Assembly (NCBI GenBank): GCA_030390025.1
Contig: CM059432.1
Location: 103,480,001-103,544,000 of the forward strand
DNA: 64,000 nucleotides
Reading direction: 5' to 3'
Source: Squalus acanthias
Taxonomy: Eukaryota
In this document: positions 12,954-26,850 of the stretch, piece after piece
Layout of the letters: each line of letters begins with the position of its first letter
Position numbering within the stretch: the first letter of the stretch is position 1
Made by a program: the position numbers and the translations under genes
Notes under the pieces: model-generated
What the model saw: the letters and a program-made list of their open reading frames with translations, nothing else
What the model was told of the DNA's origin: nothing
Database searches by the model: none

Positions 12954-13298
12954 ATTTCTTCCTTAATTTCCTACGCCGGCAGTTATCTTGCTTTCATGTC
13001 AATGCAAAACGGTTTTGGACGCTCAACGATGCAAAAATGGCAGTTAGACTCAGGAATCATGTCAGCCATCTGGCTCCAGAGTGCACTAAAGTGAGAGTTG
13101 CAATACTACCTCTCTCTTAACATCAATAGTCGGTCACCAAGCAGCGGACCTTTGTGTATGCATCTAGAGGCACATGCATGGCTCGCCTTTGTTGCTAAAT
13201 TCAGCAGGCCCTGCTACCAACAGTATAACAGTCGCAACTGCTGGCTGCACATTACACAGGTACTGTACCTGGAGTATAATTTCAGCCTAAAACATAAA

Positions 13299-14031
13299 GG
13301 CCTGGATTTTCCAGTGGGTAATGGGAGCAAACTGTCAGCATTCGCCATCATTACCCCTCTAAAACAGAGCGCAACTTCAGGAGGTTGCGCATACACATCT
13401 AAACATGGAAATCTTGAAGTTGCGGTCAGTCATTCACTGCTCTGATACAGGCTGCGCTATGGATGCTCCCCCCACCCCCATAGGCGTCAATCAGTATAAT
13501 CAGTGGAACTGACAAAAACTTGAGCTTTGCTGCGCTAATATCGCTGTTAAATAACCCATTAGATGTGAAGCCTTGTGGGAATAGGTGTAACTGGGGTTTT
13601 AACTGCATATTGACTGCTAAACAACTGTTCTGGCCCTGAAAAACTAATTTTTATATTTGTGCAATGTCAAATTTCTCCACTATGATAAAAATGACTAGAT
13701 TTTTAAAAATAAGTTTTTTCATGATATTTCAGCTTCTACCCCATGTGTATGTTCCAATCTTTATCTTACTGTCTGTAAAAAAAAAAATTAAATGCAGATA
13801 ATCAGAGCTTTTCATTTCCTGGTTTGCTGTCTGTGAGAATTCTTCAATGTGACTGGTTGCTTATACAGATTGATGATATCACGGCTGCATCGCGCTAGGA
13901 ATCCCCTATTGACAGCACTACAATCAATTACATGTCAAGAAACCTAAAGTTTTCGCCACAGAGATGGGCAGCTTTCTTCGAGGTCAGCGGCGATCGCCGT
14001 AGCATTGTCGCTGACCGCAAATTATGGGCCA
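13299..14031. mobile_element. Non-autonomous DNA transposon (Harbinger-like MITE)
   Basis: Imperfect TIRs GGCCTGGATTT / AAATTATGGGCC; GC-rich subterminal parts with an AT-rich middle; left part similar to 50236-50400. Confidence 0.5.
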
Positions 14032-14384
14032 ATTTCTTTTGCAATACCAAAATATTTCAAATTACCTTTCCCCTGCTCAAAAATCCTTATTTCAAAGTTA
14101 AACGTTTTATAATTAAATGGCCTCATGCACATCAAAAATGGATCTGAGTTTGCTGGACAGCATAAAACGAGCACCATGATATCTTTGAGGCAACGTACTA
14201 GCTAGAGTTAGAGCAAGCCTCATTGTACTTGCACAACATTTTCCACCATGCTGATTAATCCGTTTAGTTTTTATTGTGGGTTGGGTGCACCTCTTTGATC
14301 TTTGGTGTGCTGGCCAGTGTCCTTGGTGACATAATGGTATCTGTTTAATAATTGGCGGTTAGTAATGGGTAAAGAAAGAAAAAA

Positions 14385-14778
14385 GAGCTTGCATCTTTAT
14401 GCCATATGCCATCTTTCACGACATCAGGCAGTCCCAAAGCACTTCATAGCCAGTGAAGTACTTTTAAAGTGTAGTCACTGTTGTAATGTAGGCAAAGTTG
14501 ACAGCTAATCTGCACACAGCAAGATCCCATCATCAGCAATGAGATTAATGACCAGATGATCTGGGTTTTTTGGTGGTGTTGGTTAAGGGATAAATATTGG
14601 CTGAGACACCAGAAGAACTCTCCTGCTTCTTTGAAAAGTCCCATGGGTCCTATTACACCCATCTGAGAGGGCAGAGGGAGCCTCAGTTCATCTGAAAGAC
14701 GGCACTTCTGATAGCAGCACTGAGGGAGTGTTGCACTGTGAGGTGTTAGCCTAGATTATGTGCTCAAGTCTCTGGAGA
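14385..14778 (-). mobile_element. SacSINE1/DeuSINE-type SINE (head missing)
   Basis: Colinear with the reverse complement of 29590-30400 (Deu-like core CATCTGAAAGACGGCAC..CTGA.AG, tail). Confidence 0.8.
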
Positions 14779-15472
14779 CATGTGTGCTGCCAACTCTGCA
14801 AGTATGCATGTTTTGTCTTCTCTAGCTACCGGAGAGGAAGTGAGCCAATCTGTATTCAATTGCAGGCTGGATAGTGAAGACAGCTAGGTAGTGGATCAGA
14901 GTAAAATGACTGTTAGTTTTGTGTGCATGTCTGTACACTCTGTCTAATGGGTGGAGCTGTAGTATGCATCAAATCTATAGTTGTCTAATGGAGACATATG
15001 GAGGCTAGGTCTGAACCAGGGTTAGTCTAGTTCTAGATATACACAGTCATGGCTGCTGGGTGGGGGGTGGGCAGTAAGCATCTGATTCCTTATCACAGTC
15101 AGTGGTAGTAGCAAATATATGCCCTACTTATGGTGGTCTGGTACTGCACATAATACCTGTGCTGTCTGGCTTTTGCAGGAGGGGTAGGTATGAATCCAAT
15201 TCATTGATGTGGAGTGGGAGCATCTCATGGGTACAGGCCTGATCCAAAGTGGTTTATATGTATGTACATCCATGCTCCATGGCTATCAGAGAAGGAGGTT
15301 GGTATACATCCAATTCCTGATGTTTAATAGGTGAGCTACTTGCCAGTGTTCCTTGGCAGTCAAGCAGGAATTCAATCTCCATGATAATCTGTGACTGGAC
15401 TCCCTATTCTGAATTGCTAACTTTTGGGTCTCCAATACGGAAACCCACTACCTCCCCCCCCCTACTAAAATC

Positions 15473-15580
15473 ATTACAACAATGACTACACTTCAAAAGT
15501 ACTTCGTTGGCTGTAAAGCGCTTTGGGACGTCCTGGGGTTGTGAAAGGCGTTATATGAATGCAAGTTTTTCTCTCTTTTC
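15473..15580 (+). mobile_element. SacSINE1-type SINE 3' tail
   Basis: CATTACAACAATGACTACACTTCAAAAGTACTTC...GGCGTTATATGAATGCAAG. Confidence 0.8.
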
Positions 15581-16839
15581 TAGAGTGTAATTTCTATTAG
15601 TGACAATTTGTCCTTGTTCCCTGGCAGTTAGGCAGGAGTCCAATCCCCATGATATTTTTGTGACTCGACTTCCAATTCTGGTTTGTCAACTCTTAGGACT
15701 CCAATACTGAACTAACGCCCAGCCCCCCCAAAAAAACTATAGTCACACCTATCAGTGACTTAGGTCATTTCACTGAACACCAAGTACACATAACTTTTTT
15801 AAGTCATTTGCAAAAATACTACGGTGATTCACAAGTTCAATGGTCAGAAACTCAAGTAACAAAATAGAAGTTCAGCTGTGAACAGTTTGAGTACACAGAA
15901 TTCATTAACTTTATCTCCGAAGCCGTTTGAAGCCTGATATTTACTTAGCATAACAATCACACAGAAGCCCGGTTACAAAAATCCACAACAAATCTCTCAC
16001 TCCAAACAAATCAGAGTGCTTCAGAACAGCTGCCAGCATCTCATGGATGCTGATCTTGACAGCAGAAAGCCACTTCTACAAACAAGCAGCTCGCTCGAGG
16101 CCTGCTGGCTCCATCCCAAGAATTCCTTATTTCTATTTCATTTTCCCATTTTCTGTGGTATCCTCCTCCAGTAATGCTGCAAATTAAAGGTGGGAAAGAA
16201 GCAGCTGCACCCTGGTAAGTACAGAATTACTGGTTAAAAAAAAAAATCAGGCCAGTGCCTGAGCATGACTGGTCAAGTTAAAATGTTTCAATGATTACAG
16301 GAGAGTTATAGGCCATGCACATTGGAAGAGTTTGTTTCTGACATCCTCTGGAAGTGCCTGACCTGAATGCATTGAGATTTTTCTCAGCATTAACTTAAAA
16401 ATGGTGTTTTAAGTTAAAAGGAATGTCATTATTTTTAAATACATTTTAAAAGGACTGCAAATGTTTGACATAATCTCAAACTGATTAATTTTTGGAGTGG
16501 GTATTTTTATTGATACCTGAAAGGTTTGGTTATTGTAGCTTCTCAAAGCATTCTCTATCTCTACTAGTTTCAAGTAACTTGTGTATTATATTTTAAAAAT
16601 TAATTTAATATGTATCTTTATGTATGTAATGCAAAATAGCATTTTTGTACTGATTTGACATGTCTTGGTTATGTCTAAAGCTGCTGTCATTATGTTAAAA
16701 CAATGCTTGTAATATGTACACATCTGTTTTTTTGAGCTGCCTAAGCTCTACTATTAGTGCTACAGGGGCAGGACAGAGCCTGGAGATTGCATAACAGTAA
16801 AAGGAAAGGGAAGGGAAAGACGAAGGGAGATTAAAGAAG

Positions 16840-19375
16840 ATAAATATTGAAGGTAAAAAAATGCTCAACTGGGGAAGAGCTTCTTTCAGTGATTTAAGAA
16901 GGGACCTAGCACAGGTAGATTGGAAAAGGCGATTGCAGAGTAAAGCAGTAACGAAGCAATGGAGGGCATTCAGGGAAGAGATAGTTCAGGTACAAACTAG
17001 GCATATTCCTTTGAAGGGAAAAGGTAGAGCATCCAAAGCTAATGCGCCCTGGATGACAAAGGAAATAACATTTAAAATAAAACAGAAAGAGAGGCTTATG
17101 ACAAATGTCAGGAGCAAGATTCAGTTAATAACCAGGAAGATTATGGAAAGTACAGGAGGGAATTGAAAAATTTAATACGGGAGGCAAACAGAGGTTACGA
17201 GAAAAGATTAACAGGCAACATTAAATTGAACCCTAAAACATTTTATAAACATATACAGGAAACTCTCGTTTAAACGGCACCTAAATATCTGGAATTCTCT
17301 ATTAACCGGCAAAATTCATACTCTGAAAACACCTCAATAACCGTTTTGTTTTACTGTTAAGTAATTAAAGAGTTATGGATTACCCTCAACTGGCAGTACT
17401 GTATTTAATCAAGCATCTTCCACCATCCATTTAACACAACATTCTGTAGTGAGTACCCAATTACTGTATACTGCACATTTCTTGATTTTTTTATTTTTGT
17501 GTGTTAAAAATAGCCTCGGTAGATAACACTCTCCGTCATCCGGAATTTTTAATCAACCGGCACCATCCCGGTCCCGGATACCAAAGAGTTTCCTGTAAAA
17601 TGTAAGCAGTTTGCTAGGGAAAAATTTGGGCCTATTAAGGACCCAAGGGGAAATCTTCATGTAGAGGCAGAGGACATGGCTATTGTATTAAATGAGTACT
17701 TTGCATCCGTCTTCACAAAGGAAGCGGATGATGTGAAGGTTACACTAAAAGAGCAGAGGGCAGTTATAGACAGGATAGTAATAGATTAGCATTACTGAAA
17801 GTTGGTTAGTCACCTGGTCCAGATGGAATGCATCCTAGGTTGCTGAAAGAAGCAAAGGTAGAAATAGCAGAGGCATTGGTCACAATCTTTCAATCCTCAT
17901 TGGATACAGGAGTAGTGTGGGAGGACTGAAGGGTTGCTAATTTTATACCACTATGCAAGAAAGAGGAAAGGGATAAACCAGGAAACTATAGGCCAGTCAG
18001 CCTTACAATCGGTGGTGGGGAAGTTATTGGAAACCATTAACAGGGACAAAATAAACTTGCATTTGGAAAGGCATGGGTTGATCAAGGAGAGCCAGCATGG
18101 ATTTGTTAAAGGCAAGTAGTGTCTGACTAACTTGATTGAATTATTTGATGAGCTAACAGAGAAGGTTGATCAAGGTAGTGCAGTAGATGTTGTATATATG
18201 GACTTTTGGAAGGCATTCAACAAAGTGCCACACAGGAGGCTTATTAAGAAGATGGAAGCCCAGTGGAATTGAGGGGAAAGTGACGGTATGAATACAAAAT
18301 TAGTTCAGTGACAGGAAGCAAAGGATGGTGGTGGATGGATGTTTTTCAGACTGGGAGGTGGTTTGCAGTGGTGTTCTCCAAGGGTCAGTTTTGGGTCCAT
18401 TACTCTTTGCAATTTTTATAAATGACCTAGACTTGGGTGTAGGGAGCAGCATTATAAAGTTTGCAGATGATACGAAACTTGGCAAAGTAGTAGATGATGA
18501 TGAGGATAGTTATAGGCTTCAGGATGACATAAGCAGGATGGCGAAATGGGCAGAAGCTCGGCAGATGGAGTTCAATGCGGAGAAGTGTGAAGTGATGCAC
18601 TTTGGGAGAACTATTATGGAAAGACAGTATACTATAAATGGCACAATTTTGAAAAGTGTAGATGAGCAGAGAGACCTTGGTATCCATATACACAAATCCT
18701 TAAAGGTGGCAGGGCAAGTTGATAAGGTGCTTTAAAAGAAACATATGGGTTACTAATGTTTATAAATAGAATATAAAAACAGAGATCATGCTAGAACTTT
18801 GTAAATCACTGGCTAGGCCTCAGCTGGAGTATTGTGAACAATTCTGGGCACCACACTTCAGGAAAGATGTAAAGGCCTTAGAAAGGGTACTGAGGAGGTT
18901 TACCAGGATGCTACCAGGAATGAGGGACTTCAGTTATAAGGAGAGGTTGGAGAAGTTAGGGCTGTTCTCCTTGGATCAAAGAAGGTTAAGAGGTGACCAA
19001 ATAAAGATTTTCAGGATGATGAGAGGTTTTGATAGAGTAGAGAGAGAAAAAATATTGCCTCTGGCGAGTGGGTCAATAACTAGAGGCCAAATATACAAAA
19101 TCATTCAAAAAGATCTAAAGGGGAGATGAGGAGAATTTTTTTCACTCAGGAGTTGTCGGGATCTGGAACGCACTACCTGAAAAGGTGGTGGAAGTTGATT
19201 CCATAAATAATTTTAAAAGGGAGTTGGACAGGTATTTGAGAGTGAGGAACTTACAGGGTTCCGAACAAAAAGAAGGGATGTGGGACTAAGCACGACTGCT
19301 CTTTCAAAGAGCCAGCACAGGCACGCCAAGCCAAATGGCCTCCTTCTGTGCTGTAAATATCTATGATTCTATGAT
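16840..19375 (+). mobile_element. 5'-truncated CR1 LINE, ORF2 pseudogene, interrupted by a MITE
   Basis: ORF pieces 16861-17166, 18325-18735 (QGSVLGPLLFAIFIND, KFADDTKL) and 18788-19129 (RPQLEYC.QFWAP); 3' tail ATTCTATGAT. Confidence 0.92.
17256..17595. mobile_element. Tc1/mariner (Tigger/pogo-like) MITE
   Basis: TIRs CAGGAAACTCT...AGAGTTTCCTG with TA on both sides (17254-55, 17596-97); CR1 sequence resumes after it. Confidence 0.85.
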
Positions 19376-21869
19376 AAAGTCAACTAGAAAAAAGAATATG
19401 CAGAACTAATGTAAAAATGAAGGAGTCAGAAAAAGGGAAAAGAAATGAAAATGAGATAGTAAATCCTAAAAAATAGCAATAAAGGGAAAAAGATTGACAA
19501 AAATGAAGCAGTTCTGTCTTGTAAAATGAGATACATTATGTGTGAGTTAAAAAAAAAAGCAATCTGCAGCATCAACGTATTTTATTAAATATGTTGTGAA
19601 GTTTGTCGTTACAGTCTCCCTGGTAACAAGCTTGAGAGAAAGTCGAACACATGATTTTCAGTGTATATAGAGTCCATGATCGGTTCAGTGCTGAATATGA
19701 CAAACTGTTATTTTTGAATGAGGCTGGCAGTTATGAATTTATAACCAGCTTTGGCAACAGGTCGAGCTATAAAAGGAGTGTATGGACAAGTGTAGCTGAA
19801 CTCAACAAACACATCTTCAAAGAGAGGCAGGTAGATTTTAGTTAGCTCCCATAGACTGTAAGGACCCAAGAAAGAGGGGAGCTGGTACAGGTTAGCATTT
19901 AGATTCACAGCTCCTCCTGGTTATTTTCCCCTTGGAACAGTTATTTTGTATAGATTCACTTGCTCATTGTTCGTTTAATAGTCGAAAACTAGAACAAGGT
20001 CTATCGCTTATCAAGGAATGGGAGATGGATCTTTTGGAAACCTAGGACTAATTCAAGTAGCTTAAACATGACTAACATACTAGGGTTTTTTGTTCATTGT
20101 TCCGGACATATTGCTGAGCATTTATCTAGATCGTAAGGCTAGTGAAGGCACGCTCCAAGACCTAGGGAATTAGGACTCACCTTAGAGAGTGATCAAAGAT
20201 TCAGCGGCTGAAAAGTTTAGATTAAAAAAGTGTAAAAAAGGACCGAAAAACATAAGCTAGTCAAAACACGTGTTACATATCAAGCACCAAGGACATATAT
20301 AGGGGTATTCCCTCTACCACTAGTCTTTCAGGCAGTGGGCAGATACATACCTCACACAAGGTCACATAATCTTCTCACTAGACTTTAACCAGACATCAAA
20401 TGAAGAAATTATCATTTTAAGGCAATATACCTTTTTACCAACTACAGCATTAGGGATCCAAATAAATATGCTAGATTTCCCATGGTGCTGCTCATGGTGG
20501 GTCAGAGGATGCAGTGGCACAAGCTACAGTGGAAGTACAACTCCACCTCGTGACTGCAGTCTGCAAGTACAGCATCACCAGGGCCTGTTGACATAGGGAA
20601 TTTACATTAGAACTGATTACATGGGCATTTTCAATGTTAAATGTGGACATAAAAAGCATGACCAACAATCATGACAACAGAGTGAAGTTTGTGGACAGTG
20701 CACATATACAAGATTCCTGATTATAATAGAGATTTTAAAAAGTATGAATTCTAGTTGCTGTGGCTTTCACAAAATATACATCTGCAAAAGGATCCACAAA
20801 AGGTGTGAAGCTTCCAGAAGCAACTAAAATGGAATCAACGGATAGAGAAAAATATTTTATCCATCTGTGCACGGGCATTGTCATTGTCTAGTTTAAAGTA
20901 ACGTGCACCATCAGATTGAAAGTTGCTAAATTGGGAAAAGTTTGGGTTTCAATTAAACCAAACTGATCTGATTCAGATTTAGTCTGATGTCTATCGCTAT
21001 TATTTCTACTACTCTAGATTTACCAAACTCCTTCAATCATTTTTCCACACATCAGCAAATTTTCAGATTTAATGCCTTTTTATGCACAAACTAGCAAACG
21101 CAGCAAGTATAATTATTAGTAATAAATGCTTTGTCATCAAAAGCTGAATATCTGAGCTGACTTATAACTGAGTTGCTGATAGTTAATTAGTTGGATGTTA
21201 TCTGAAACATTACACTAGCCATTCACATCTTCCCTCCACCATTTCATGATTTACTCCTCCATTAGGTGGCTCAGGAGGAAGCTGAGGAGGGGGCAATTCC
21301 CCATAAATGCAAATCCCTTCCCATTACCCTAAGTATTTATTATATTAAATTATATTGTTTACTTGTTCCTCTGTTGTGAGCCGTGAAGTTTAAATTAAAG
21401 CTGCATCCCTCTAACAATATTTTTGCTAAAATAAACTGTTTTACATTCATGGCTATTAATCACAATTGGCATATAAATATTCAAATAAACTTTCAACAGA
21501 CCTTTTGCAGCAGCACTTTTAAATTTCTTTCTCAGAGACATTCCTGCTGCAACCACATTAACTGCTGTGCAGAGATCACAAAAGATGTCTAGATTATATG
21601 TGGCCTATGGTCAATTCTGATAGCATAATGTCATTGCACTCTGCGTCAGCAATCATAGCTCTTACAACTGATTTTGGACCTGGTGCAGCATGGATATGAA
21701 AAGCAATTGCATTAAATCTTATTCATCAAACTTTCCTTTTCAGTATCTCAAATAAAATAGATTTACATCACAGCTGTTGTGGGAGCAACTTATTTTGATA
21801 AGTTGGGATTGAGCTACGGAACCAAACAGAAATCCCAAAGTTTGACCATTTGAGACAAGTTTGCAGATC

Positions 21870-22400
21870 AGATTTGGTGTAAAATTGTGACCAATTTCGA
21901 TTTAAGGGCCGGCAGGGCGGGGTTGTCAGGTGAGTGCAGCAGGAGGCTGCAGCCGGAGACATGCGGGAAGGGTCCCCGGCAATCAGGTAAGTGGATCATA
22001 TTTGGGGGTGGGGGTGGGAGCCTGGTACAGGAGACACCCAAGGTTTTCTTGTGGGCCTCGGAGGAGTATTCCTGCTTTTCCTGGCCCACAAGGAAACTTT
22101 AAAAAAATTTTTACCTTTTTGGCCCTCGTCTAGACCTGCTCTCCTGTGGCACTGGGTTTCCTTGACAAGGCTAGCCTTGCGAAATGAAGTTAAAATAGCC
22201 TCGGGTCTGATCAGACTCCGACTTTGAATCTCAATGAGGCCCTGGTCTGCCTCAGGTGAGAGCCTTACATGTTGCTCCAAACACGCCTGTTAAAGTGGCC
22301 GTGTGCAGCATTGATCCGGTAAGTGCCATACCGCTGATAGTTTAAACCTCTCCCCGTACACCCCATTCACGTCAGGCATGAGGAGTTAAAATGGGGGCTA
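21870..22400. mobile_element. GC-rich non-autonomous DNA element (same family as 63290-63950, opposite orientation)
   Basis: CCCAAGGTTTTCTTGTGGGCCTCGGAGGAGTATTCCTGCT matches the reverse complement of 63622-63668. Confidence 0.55.
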
Positions 22401-23629
22401 GAATTTTAAATTTCCAGGCAATCTTGGAAAGGGCTCAACATAAATGACAGAATACAGTTTCATCTTTTCTTCCACAATCTGAAAAATTTACTCAAGTAAA
22501 AAGGTTACTGTATTTTTTTTTTAAAACTTCCATCATCACAATTAGTGTGGGTTAGAACTGCCCAATGGAACAGTCATGGTTCAATCAGCCTGGATTCCAT
22601 ATGTTCTACTGCCATGAACATACTGAGATCTGGAGAATAAACTATGGCCTCGAGTGTTGACAAGGTATATACAGTTCATGTCTTTTTGCTACCACTATTG
22701 ACCACAGCCATTATGGCTGCTAAAGCTTTTCTGTATGGTGGAGGGAAGTGTTATAGCATTACCATATTAGTCTTGGGTTGTAATGGAAGGTAGTTGACAA
22801 GAAAAAGGGTTTACTGAGGAATCTAATCTTGAATCATAACACTCCTATAAATATGGTTTCATAACTTATTATTGCATTCCTATTCACAATTTTAGGATGC
22901 ATTTCTCGGTATGTGCCTTACTCTAAGCTAGTATTCTAATCTCAATCCCCATTGAACTAGATCTCTAATCCCTCACCACCCGTCGACTACATCCCCAAAC
23001 ATCGTGGAAACCAGCTATACAGTTCAAGGAGCATTTATGTTTATTACAACTTTGTTGGATGCTGCTTTGAGTTCAAAACCAATCATCAATTTTGATTTGT
23101 TTCCACATACATATCAAGAGCACTATAAACAACTGCATTTCAATAAAATATCAACTACTGCAAATGCTCAAACGGATTCTGACCCCCTCTGAATAATTCC
23201 CTCTTGTGGATTTCCATGTTTTTAATTATCATGTCACAGTACTCGCTTTGGAAATTAAAGACATGCCGTCTTTATGATTTTTCACTTGAATTCTGACCTT
23301 CATGTAAATTGATGTTAAATGCACATTGTTTCCTGAAGCAGCAGATTTTATAGCAATTACTTCAATTTTCTCCTTTCTGCTCCTGCTCATCATTGGGAAA
23401 TCAAAGTCTAATTCACAGTCAAATTACAGTGTCTACAGTCTATGCTTGGGCAAGCCAAAGGAAGAGCGAGCCAAGCTCAACACTACTGTCTGGCTCGGTA
23501 TGAAGAAAAGAGATGAGGTAAGAATGAGCTGGGAGGGATTGGCAAAGTGAAATCTGCCGGAAATGAGAGATGTTCATCTGAACCACTTTCGGGATTATTA
23601 AAACAGATATTGCAGAGATCAAGCTCCGA

Positions 23630-23717
23630 TGTTCAGCCATGATCTTATTGAATGGCGGAGCAGGCTCGAGGGGCCGTATGGCCGACTCCTGCTCCTATTT
23701 CTTATGTTCTTATGTTC
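23630..23717 (+). mobile_element. Isolated CR1 3' tail
   Basis: TCAGCCATGATCTTATTGAATGGCGGAGCAGGCTCGAGGGGCCG...TTCTTATGTTCTTATGTT. Confidence 0.85.
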
Positions 23718-24819
23718 ATGTTGCAAAAGACAGCTAAGGACAGGCATTAAACTTACTCAGGTAAACTAATTCATCAAGACGTTCTTGCATTGCAAACAAA
23801 AGGCAGGTATACAAATGTGACCTTCACTGAAATGATTGTCGCTGACGATGAAGCAGTAAAATTTATTCTGGTCCATATGCATTTTAGTCAGTGTGAAAGA
23901 GTGGTGAGATAACTTTCACGTTTGGTGTGTTGCTTCTGCTCCATTCTTCAGTGTTGAATTATCCCTTTTTGTTCTGCAGTGTCCACTCAAAGGAGGAGGG
24001 AAAGAGAGACACTGCTGCTGAGAGTGGTGCTGCTAAAGTAAGCAGCAAAGATTGAAAGAGTTGGACATAAGGAGATAGTCTGTGTGCTCCCTGAAAATAA
24101 GTGCCAGAGATGACAAAAATAAAAACAAAAACAGAAGTCCAAAAGATATTTCAGAGAAATGAATTTGAGGACAGTACAGGGTACGTGGTTGATGGATCTG
24201 ACCAACATAGCAATGAGCAGAAAGGGACATGTTAGGAGCAATAACCAAGAGTGGATCACTGTCCGAGTAAGTCAAATAGAACAAAAAAGAGCCTGTGTTC
24301 TTAAATGGGGTGAGAGGAGAGAAAGGGAAAGGGAGCTAATTCTCAAGTAAGACTCATGGTTTGGCTCTGGTTGTACTGAGATCAGCTTTGTAAAGAACAG
24401 TTGATAAGTGGGTCTCGAGCAGCAGAGAACAAACACGGTTATCAAAAACACTGAACAACAGCTGGTCGGAAAGTAAGTGATCATCTTGGCTGCCATTAAT
24501 TTCAGAGAAATTACGAGAAATGTTTACAAGTGGGAAACTCCTTGCTAATCCAAGATTTAGGAGGGAGAAAATCTAGTGGTGGGGGACCCAAAGAAAGTGG
24601 CAATAACACTCTGCATGTAATAGATAATTTGATCTTTCCCAATGGTTCAGTGGTATGTGTGCTCTGTAGTCCAACGCTGCGCCCCACAGAGATAGAAGGT
24701 CCCAAGTATAACTTCTGGTCTATGCTATGTACCTGTAATTGGATTTAAGATCGATCAGTGGTGGGAACACAACTGGATTCTGTGTCCTCGGGCTTGCAAG
24801 GGCCAACAGAAGATAGCCC

Positions 24820-25080
24820 AGGGCTCCTGATTGCTATCCACTGATCCCTGCTGAAAGCTGCACATGGTCAGATGTCAGGATGTCATAATCAGGCTAGGTT
24901 GCAATGGTCCTCAAGGTTGAATAGTGCACCACCACTAATATTGTCTTAAAAATGACTATCCACTTTGGGGCCAGGGGGTTAAGATACTGGAGAAACGTCA
25001 GCAATCATGGAATTGTAACCCAATGCGAGTCGCCACGTTTAAGAGGGAAGGAGCAAGGAGTGACAATCAAGAGGAGAAAA
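24820..25080 (+). mobile_element. Ancient SINE copy (3' part)
   Basis: GCTCCTGATTGCTATCCA.TGA.CCCTGCTG, GTTGAATAG and 3' GGAGAAAA block shared with 4490-4540 and 28990-29200. Confidence 0.5.
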
Positions 25081-26599
25081 AAATGAACTGGAAAGTTACC
25101 CCCATCTAGCAATACTCACTGATGAATCCTCCCCATCATGTGGAGCTCCTAATCAGACCCTGGAGTACATCATTGAGCACTGTTACAACAGAAGCTTTGG
25201 CCTGGATATCTGACTTAGATGTTGACATTTGATTTGCTTTGCTACTACCATACGAAAGACGATGACGACTTAGGAACAATTAACCAAGGAATGGAATATA
25301 TAAATAAAAAAGAATTTCTCAAGGAAGTCCTTGCTCTTATTTAGAGCACACCTGAGGGAACTCTCCCAAAAGATAAGACGCACTGAGGGTAATTTTCATT
25401 TTCACTGGTTGGGTATTAGATCAGTGGAGCAGATCACCTGCCTATTATAGAAATCATCTGATTTTCATTTCCACAGATTTCATTTTTTTTTAACTTTTCA
25501 TTGTGAGAATGTTGAGCTCAATAAGATAAAGGATGCTAGTACTGGGAAATTAATATTTTTATTTTGGGCACCCAATGCCAGCATCAAGTCAGGCATGGCA
25601 CAGGCCCAATGTACTTCAGCCCCCAATTAGACACTTCCCTAATACTTTAATGTGACACTTTTCCATTTCCCACAATGATGAAACTCATTGGCCCAATACC
25701 TACTTGCAGTAGAAATTGGGATGTGTTCAGCAAACCTCATCTGGGCAACAATATTCTTTAAGGACTGTTGGCCTTGGCCTGTGGGGTCCATGTCCATTCC
25801 TCAGAAGCAGCATGGTGCTGAGCATCAGAAGATCTCCAAGACTGTTGGAACGTCTTTGGATGGCCTTGAAGAATGGTTTTCTGACTTTTCATTGCTGCTA
25901 TAGGGGATTGCAATCGGCCAGGCTTGGAGCTTCATAAAGTGGTGCTTCCTCTCCAAGGTTCATCAATTACATGGCATTAATAGAGAGTACAGCAATGTAG
26001 CTGCGAATAACTTGATACTGCTTTGCTTTCCAGTTTCAGGCTTAGACATTGCTGGGAAACTTTAGACCACTAGCTGATTAAGGAATCACTTATTAGCTAT
26101 CTTGGAGAAGAGTGCACATTCATAAAATAGGATGACTGGCAGGTTGGGCGGGGCTGCAGGCATCTGCGCTATAAATTATCAAGTCAAGCACTCTGCCACA
26201 AGAAGGATATTGCAGATCACAAAGCCTGGGACCAGGTTTGTGTGAATGCCATAGGGTGGACTCAACAGCAGATGATGTAGTCAATTATTGTCTGCTTCTG
26301 CAACTAAAATGATAGACAAACTACTAAATCTAGAGCAGCAGCCAATTAATGTAACTGCAAAGCACAAGAGAGCGGTTAGGTGAAAACAAATCAGCTTTCT
26401 TGGAGTAATCAAGGGCTGTTGCAAGAGTGGATTATTATACAGAATAGTGTGAGGCCAAAGACGGTCATTAGGGAGATTAAGTAGCACAAGTGGGTTGCAT
26501 TTATCTGCAGGGCCATGCAATTCAACAAAAATGATTCTTGACAGTTTTTCCATTGACCGAAATCTGTTGTCAGTCACGATCAAAAGGGTTCCTCTAGGC

Positions 26600-26700
26600 C
26601 AGGGGTTCCCAAACCGTGGTACGCGTATCCCTGGGACTACGAGAGACATCTCTGGAAGGTATGTGGGAGAAATGGTCTAAAGGTGGATTTTATTTATTCC
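26600..26700 (+). mobile_element. Left end of a hAT (Charlie-like) non-autonomous element; right end not found
   Basis: Terminus CAGGGGTTCCCAAAC preceded by the CTCTAGGC target-like octamer. Confidence 0.5.
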
Positions 26701-26850
26701 TTATTTTATTTATTTATTGCATTTTTATAATAGGCTGCTCAAAAGAAGCTTTAAAACTCTGGGAATTTGTTATATAGTCGTTAATTTACTTCAAGATGTA
26801 CCAATTAGAACACAGATACACAGAGACAATGACGTACAGAGCCCCCACCT

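Noticed and set aside
19615..19830. Candidate plus-strand exon / 64-aa ORF
   Set aside because: All frames from the obvious acceptor contain stops; no homology recognised
21380..21720. TAAT-rich, TE-free blocks resembling conserved non-coding enhancers (also 2150-2360, 26280-26580)
   Set aside because: Conservation cannot be judged from a single sequence
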